This document shows, piece after piece, positions 61,501 to 64,000 of a stretch of 64,000 nt of DNA (position 1 is the first letter of the stretch; each line of letters starts with the position of its first letter). The stretch is taken from NCBI GenBank assembly GCA_038087875.1, contig CM075995.1, forward strand, positions 1,242,001-1,306,000. Direction: 5' to 3'. Origin of the DNA: Malacoraja senta. Its lineage: Eukaryota. The notes under the pieces were generated by a model. It was given only the letters and a program-made list of their open reading frames with translations. It was not told the origin of the DNA and searched no databases. The translations under genes and the position numbers were made by a program.

Positions 61501-63883
61501 TTCTGGTCGAGACCCTTCTTCAGACTTATTGGATCAGGGGCTCCCAGTATAAAGTTTTATCTTAGTGTTTGCAGAAATCCTTTAGCTTGCTACTTGAGGT
61601 TGTAACTAATGGAGTTCTTCCAGGTTCTGTGCTATGCACAAATCTGTAGAGAAAGGTAGAGCATTCAATCTTGAAGATACTGCTCACCCATTATATTTTT
61701 ATCCGATCTAGTGAAATCTCGGACTGGGTTGTCACTTTCTAGATTGCTATTCCCCTTCTCTTGTGTAGCTCTCCCCTTTGGAGATAAAACAATTAGTTTG
61801 CTCTGTACCTCAGTTTGAGCTGTAGGAGTTTCAGTACTTCATGCTTTGGCAAAACATTTTTTTGTGTGTAATATTCTTAAATAAAATAAGACCCTTTTTT
61901 CAGTGTAAGGTATTTATTGATCCCAACCTAAATGGCAGGAATAGTTTACACAGCAGAATAATGTTGTATTTCAATACATTTTGTCTTGATATTATTTAGA
62001 GTCATAGATTAATGCAGTGTGGAAACAGGCCCTTCAGCCCAACTCGCCCACACCGGCGAACAATGTCCCAGCTACCCTAGTCCCACTTGGTCCATATCCC
62101 TCCAAACCTGTCCTATCCATGTACCTGTCCAACTGTTTATTAAACGATGGGATAGTCCCAGCCTCAACTACCTCTTCTGGCAGCTTGTTCCATACACTGT
62201 GTGAAAAAGTTACCTCTCGGATTCCTATTAAATCTTTTCCCCTTCACCTTGAACCTATGTACTCTGGACCTCGATTCCCCTACTCTGGGTAAAAGACACT
62301 GTGCATCTACCCGATCAATCCCTCTCATGATTTTGTACACCTCTATAAGATCTCCCCTTATCCTCCTGCGCTCCATGGAATAGAGACCCAGCCTTTTCAA
62401 CCTTTCTCTATAGCTCACACCCTCTAGTCCTGGCAACATCCTCATAAATCTTTTCTGAACCCTTTCAAGCTTGACAATATATGATCTATGTTCACATTCC
62501 TGATGTGCTTTGAGCTTGCGCTGTTGACATTCTCAGTGGTGCATTTTTTTGGTTTCCTTTGGACAGAGTTCATTTGTGCAGAGATAGCCTCTGGTAGACA
62601 AAATGGCCATGAACAAGACAGTTTGCTTGAAGGCGGCCAGAATTTAAACCTCTGTTGTATATATTTCAACATGTAGATCCTTTGCTTAAAGCTACTTGAT
62701 CTTGCGTGTCCTTTGCTTCCATCCCTTGCTGAAGTAGTTGTTCAGGTCCTTTACTACTGGACCTGTCAACACACACCTGTCAGTCATCATCACACACAGA
62801 AACATGCCCTTCGGCCCAACTTGCCCCTCCCGTCTAAGATTTCTCAGGAGTTTGGCCCATATCCCTCTACATCTTTCCTATTCATGTACCTGTCCAAATG
62901 TCTTTTAAATATTGTAATAGTACTGGAATCGTGCGAAGATCTCAAAGTGCTGGAGTAACTCAGCAGATCAGGCAGCATCTCAACCTGACCCACTGCGTTA
63001 TTCCAGTACTACTACTTCTAGCTACTCTGTCAGTTTCATTTTTTTAAAGAAAAAGATTCACTCGAATTGTTAATCACCTGAGTTCGACACACAATGCTGG
63101 AGTAACTCAGCGGGACGGGCAGCATCTCTGGAGAGAAGGAATGGGTGACGTTTCGGGTCGAGACCTTTTTTGAAGGCCACAGTTTAAGAATAAGGGGTAA
63201 GCCATTTAGAACGGAGAGGAGGAAACACTTTTTCACACAGAGAGTGGTGAGTCTGTGGAATTCTCTGCCTCAGAGGGCGGTGGAGGCCGGTTCTCTGGAA
63301 ACTTTAAAGAGAGCTAGATAGGGCTCTTGAAGATAGCGGAGTCAGGGGATATGGGGAGAAGGCAGGAACGGGGTACTGATTGGGGATGATCAGCCGTGAT
63401 CACATTGAATGGCGGTGCTGCCTCGAAGTGCCGTATGGCCTACTCCTGCACTTCTTGTCTATTCAGACTTAATACACCTGGTTTGGTGGTGATTCGCTGG
63501 GTGAATAACTCATAGCTAGTATAATTGCATTGAAATGGAAGTGGCGTATGTTCTTGAAACAGTTAAAAGAAATGAGACTTGATTGTTTTAATTTGTCCTT
63601 TTTGACAGATTCGGACATTTCAAATGGGACACAGCATGGAGACGATCCGGGCTCACAATTTTCTTACCTATCACCATTGAGCTCATTGAATAACCTTTTG
63701 CAGCAAACTGAAGATCAGATTTCAACGCCCATGGAAGAGGAAGGACTGTTTGTAAATTTGTCCCCGTCACTATCTCAGGAAGATTACCTGTTGAGCATTG
63801 GTGATAAAGCAGGAATCAGCGACCTGTTTGATTGTGATGTTGATAGGTTTTTCTCAGTGGAAGGTTTTTATGTAGGTAATTAA
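4802..63883 (+). CDS. E2F3: E2F3 transcription factor (E2F3a-type), spliced CDS of 7 exons, 398 aa
   Basis: Exons join in frame (177+112+220+159+115+139+275=1197 nt). N-terminus MRKG, AKRRL cyclin-A motif, winged-helix [13 protein letters not shown], coiled coil/marked box ([22 protein letters not shown]) and C-terminal LLQQTEDQ...GISDLFD all match E2F3 as I recall it. Confidence 0.93.
5105..5545. repeat. Degenerate C-rich minisatellite (~50-75 bp units, 7-8 copies)
   Basis: Recurring ggYYYtcggttcattcagccgg...atttacctc plus poly-C. Confidence 0.7.
6980..7880 (+). mobile_element. Nested CR1 3' fragments
   Basis: [21 protein letters not shown] coding end; gggccgaatggcct stem and (tattgtc)n tail. 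Confidence 0.85.
8689..9122. mobile_element. Penelope-like insertion with inverted terminal repeats
   Basis: Arms 8721-8888 and 8906-9120 are reverse complements; 11-bp flanking direct repeat ccctttttgta (8678-8688, 9123-9133). Confidence 0.8.
9720..10347 (+). repeat. Direct segmental duplicate, copy B
   Basis: Matches 1-619 with scattered substitutions and one local templated duplication near 10110-10153. Confidence 0.92.
10590..11170 (-). mobile_element. CR1 3' fragment
   Basis: [38 protein letters not shown]. Confidence 0.85.
12925..14365 (+). mobile_element. CR1 LINE, RT region, frameshifted
   Basis: [29 protein letters not shown]-like motifs across three ORFs; CR1 3' tail. Confidence 0.92.
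15345..15830 (-). mobile_element. CR1 3' fragment
   Basis: Reverse complement of the CR1 tail and RT end seen elsewhere in the window. Confidence 0.8.
15900..17750 (+). mobile_element. L2-clade LINE, 5'-truncated, disrupted RT
   Basis: [53 protein letters not shown]; (gactt)n tail. Confidence 0.92.
19098..19370 (+). mobile_element. HE1-like SINE
   Basis: ggtggcgcagcggtagagttgctg head and shared body. Confidence 0.8.
20595..20840 (-). mobile_element. Rex1/Babar-like LINE 3' fragment
   Basis: [38 protein letters not shown]. Confidence 0.75.
23659..23786 (-). mobile_element. 128-bp non-autonomous retroposon with (AAG)3 tail and 11-bp TSD
   Basis: TSD aaccatgctgt at 23648-23658 and 23787-23797; plus-strand cttcttctt is the tail. 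Confidence 0.85.
23733..23786 (-). ncRNA. HDV/CPEB3-like ribozyme fold (catalytic C position is T in this copy)
   Basis: P1 GGGGTGG/CTGCCCC, P2 GATTGC/GCAATC, P3 ACC/GGT, L3 TTCTCGT, J4/2 (T)GAA, in the HDV strand order. Confidence 0.7.
24107..24670 (-). mobile_element. Penelope-like element 3' part: GIY-YIG endonuclease plus terminal repeat
   Basis: ORF 24299-24625 NLIYCIRC...LYIGET..RL..RF.QH...HFN; followed on the same strand by the hammerhead-bearing repeat (~24110-24200). Confidence 0.9.
25400..26100 (+). mobile_element. CR1 3' fragment
   Basis: [30 protein letters not shown]. Confidence 0.85.
26236..27832 (+). mobile_element. Tc1-family DNA transposon (DD34E), full length, frameshifted transposase at ~26616-27610
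   Basis: TA on both flanks; ~210-bp IR/DR-type TIRs with repeated gcaaaagtattca; [24 protein letters not shown] with 34 residues between the second D and E. Confidence 0.95.
27865..28168 (+). mobile_element. HE1-like SINE
   Basis: Same head, body and (aaact)n tail as other copies. Confidence 0.8.
29755..30503 (+). mobile_element. CR1 3' fragment
   Basis: [23 protein letters not shown] and CR1 tail. Confidence 0.9.
30936..31900 (-). mobile_element. CpG-rich non-autonomous element with L2-like 3' tail and (ATT)n
   Basis: Minus-strand end tgtaaggtgtccttgggt...taaataaatgattattatt; GC-rich body with no recognisable RT. Confidence 0.55.
32489..33611 (-). mobile_element. CR1 LINE 3' portion with open RT frame
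   Basis: ORF 32580-33668 [18 protein letters not shown]; (tttctatg)n tail. Confidence 0.95.
34561..34857 (-). mobile_element. HE1-like SINE just upstream of exon 2
   Basis: Reverse complement of the SINE at 1172. Confidence 0.8.
34885..34996 (+). CDS. E2F3: E2F3 exon 2 ([37 protein letters not shown])
   Basis: Acceptor ttgctacag|GCA, donor A|gtaagt; 112 nt; not in ORF track; cyclin-A-binding/NLS segment. Confidence 0.93.
35045..35600 (-). mobile_element. CR1 3' fragment
   Basis: Reverse-complement CR1 tail and RT end. Confidence 0.8.
35805..36068 (-). mobile_element. HE1-like SINE
   Basis: As above. Confidence 0.78.
36843..37138 (-). mobile_element. HE1-like SINE
   Basis: As above. Confidence 0.8.
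38613..39175 (+). mobile_element. Two tandem CR1 3' fragments
   Basis: [13 protein letters not shown] occurs twice. Confidence 0.85.
39880..40180 (-). mobile_element. HE1-like SINE
   Basis: As above. Confidence 0.8.
41528..41827 (-). mobile_element. HE1-like SINE
   Basis: As above. Confidence 0.78.
42828..43120 (-). mobile_element. HE1-like SINE
   Basis: As above. Confidence 0.8.
43512..45165 (-). mobile_element. Gypsy-like LTR retrotransposon 3' remnant (pol tail, PPT, 3' LTR 43512-43652), split by Tx1
   Basis: Minus strand: ...[26 protein letters not shown] aaaaaaagggagagcag, then TGTAAT...ATAACA containing TATATAA and AATAAA. Confidence 0.75.
43884..44977 (+). mobile_element. Tx1/L1-clade LINE 3' portion
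   Basis: zf-RVT-like [13 protein letters not shown]...CPRDGC...[16 protein letters not shown] and A-rich end; AGT direct repeat on both flanks. Confidence 0.85.
46378..46585. repeat. Compound (TG)n/(TA)n microsatellite
   Basis: Direct reading. Confidence 0.95.
46965..47220 (-). mobile_element. HE1-like SINE
   Basis: As above. Confidence 0.75.
47446..47665 (+). CDS. E2F3: E2F3 exon 3, DNA-binding domain
   Basis: Acceptor caccacag|CT, donor AT|gtaagt; 220 nt; SPSEKTRY...[27 protein letters not shown]. Confidence 0.96.
48101..48539 (+). mobile_element. 5'-truncated L1 with poly-A and 13-bp TSD
   Basis: [22 protein letters not shown] (ORF2 end); TSD catttgcaaaact at 48088-48100 and 48540-48552. 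Confidence 0.8.
48566..48878 (+). mobile_element. Penelope-like insertion: inverted terminal repeat plus RT fragment
   Basis: 48686 onward reads [24 protein letters not shown]; antisense hammerhead repeat at 48568-48664; flanking ttcattatcagttt (48552-48565, 48879-48892). Confidence 0.8.
50091..50126 (-). other. tRNA-Leu 3' fragment including CCA (PBS-like on + strand)
   Basis: TGGTGTCAGAAGTGGGATTCGAACCCACGCCTCCAG is the reverse complement of a vertebrate tRNA-Leu 3' end plus CCA; preceded by CA. Confidence 0.8.
51080..51397 (-). mobile_element. HE1-like SINE
   Basis: As above. Confidence 0.82.
52092..53456 (-). mobile_element. CR1 LINE 3' portion, uninterrupted 411-aa RT frame, nested in an opposite-strand CR1 (51957-53700)
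   Basis: [42 protein letters not shown]. Confidence 0.95.
54650..55150 (-). mobile_element. CR1 3' fragment (second subfamily)
   Basis: Similar to 2963-3232 and 62000-62490. Confidence 0.8.
55440..55680 (+). mobile_element. L2 3' end
   Basis: Matches 17505-17730. Confidence 0.85.
55887..56045 (+). CDS. E2F3: E2F3 exon 4, dimerisation coiled coil
   Basis: Acceptor ctcccag|G; GCSL...[25 protein letters not shown]; ends at U12 donor AG|atatccttg; 159 nt. Confidence 0.95.
56046..57242 (+). other. U12-type AT-AC intron (intron 4)
   Basis: 5' ATATCCTT at 56046; branch site TCCTTAAC at 57226-57233; terminal AC at 57241-57242; restores the frame. Confidence 0.93.
57243..57357 (+). CDS. E2F3: E2F3 exon 5, marked box ([11 protein letters not shown]...[16 protein letters not shown])
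   Basis: Follows U12 acceptor; donor GAT|gtaagt; 115 nt; not in ORF track. Confidence 0.94.
57486..57825. mobile_element. PIF/Harbinger-type MITE
   Basis: TIRs agggcc(c/t)gtcccacttt, long internal palindrome, TAA on both flanks; inserted in a Penelope-derived repeat. Confidence 0.85.
57829..58240 (-). mobile_element. Penelope-like 3' fragment
   Basis: [20 protein letters not shown] resembles the 24299 ORF end; hammerhead-repeat variant at ~57875-57905. Confidence 0.75.
58471..58609 (+). CDS. E2F3: E2F3 exon 6 ([19 protein letters not shown]...)
   Basis: Acceptor ttcattcag|AAC; donor G|gtacgc, phase 1, matches exon 7; 139 nt. Confidence 0.88.
58815..59400. mobile_element. Harbinger-like element, single end
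   Basis: taa followed by tgggcctgtcccactt, the same terminus as the 57486 MITE; no partner TIR seen. Confidence 0.5.
59493..61159 (-). mobile_element. Degenerate Tc1-family transposon
   Basis: ta|CAGTG start, long inverted repeats, [30 protein letters not shown]1 tail inserted at ~59537-59675; right end truncated. Confidence 0.88.
62000..62490 (-). mobile_element. CR1 3' fragment
   Basis: [36 protein letters not shown]. Confidence 0.88.
63175..63462 (+). mobile_element. CR1 3' fragment
   Basis: Matches the CR1 tail. Confidence 0.85.
63609..63883 (+). CDS. E2F3: E2F3 exon 7, transactivation/pRB-binding region to stop
   Basis: Acceptor tttgacag|AT; LSPL...LLQQTEDQI...[21 protein letters not shown] ends at 63883. 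Confidence 0.93.
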
Positions 63884-64000
63884 GTGCCCTTCAATATTAC
63901 ATCATTGCCGGTGTGGACCTGAAAACTCGATACGAGGTTGGGTGCTGGTGAGTGAATGGAAATCTGCATCAGTTACAGAAATAGTAAAATAACTTTTTGC

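Noticed and set aside
901..63170. CRISPR-like recurring palindrome (gggtctcgaccc)
   Set aside because: Dispersed in both orientations in a eukaryotic gene, with no spacer periodicity; explained by the Penelope-derived repeat.

Overview
Vertebrate genomic DNA, most likely a cartilaginous fish (skate/ray-like, inferred from HE1-type tRNA-SINEs and CR1 content). The window holds one complete protein-coding gene on the + strand: E2F3 (E2F3a-type). It has 7 coding exons (4802-4978, 34885-34996, 47446-47665, 55887-56045, 57243-57357, 58471-58609, 63609-63883; 1197 nt, 398 aa), a CpG-island promoter with CCAAT, GC-box, octamer and E2F sites, and a U12-type AT-AC intron 4. The protein carries unusual substitutions in the DNA-binding domain and the pRB-binding peptide. 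Introns are packed with transposons (CR1, L2, L1, Tx1, Rex-type, Penelope-like, Gypsy, Tc1, Harbinger MITE, a Helitron-like end, HE1-like SINEs). The most notable unexplained signals are RNA structures inside repeats. One is a 128-bp TSD-flanked retroposon whose first 54 nt form an HDV/CPEB3-like ribozyme fold starting exactly at the element's 5' end. The other is an abundant Penelope-derived short repeat carrying a minimal hammerhead core with stem covariation. All calls are by eye; repeat boundaries are approximate and family names come from recognised motifs, not searches.
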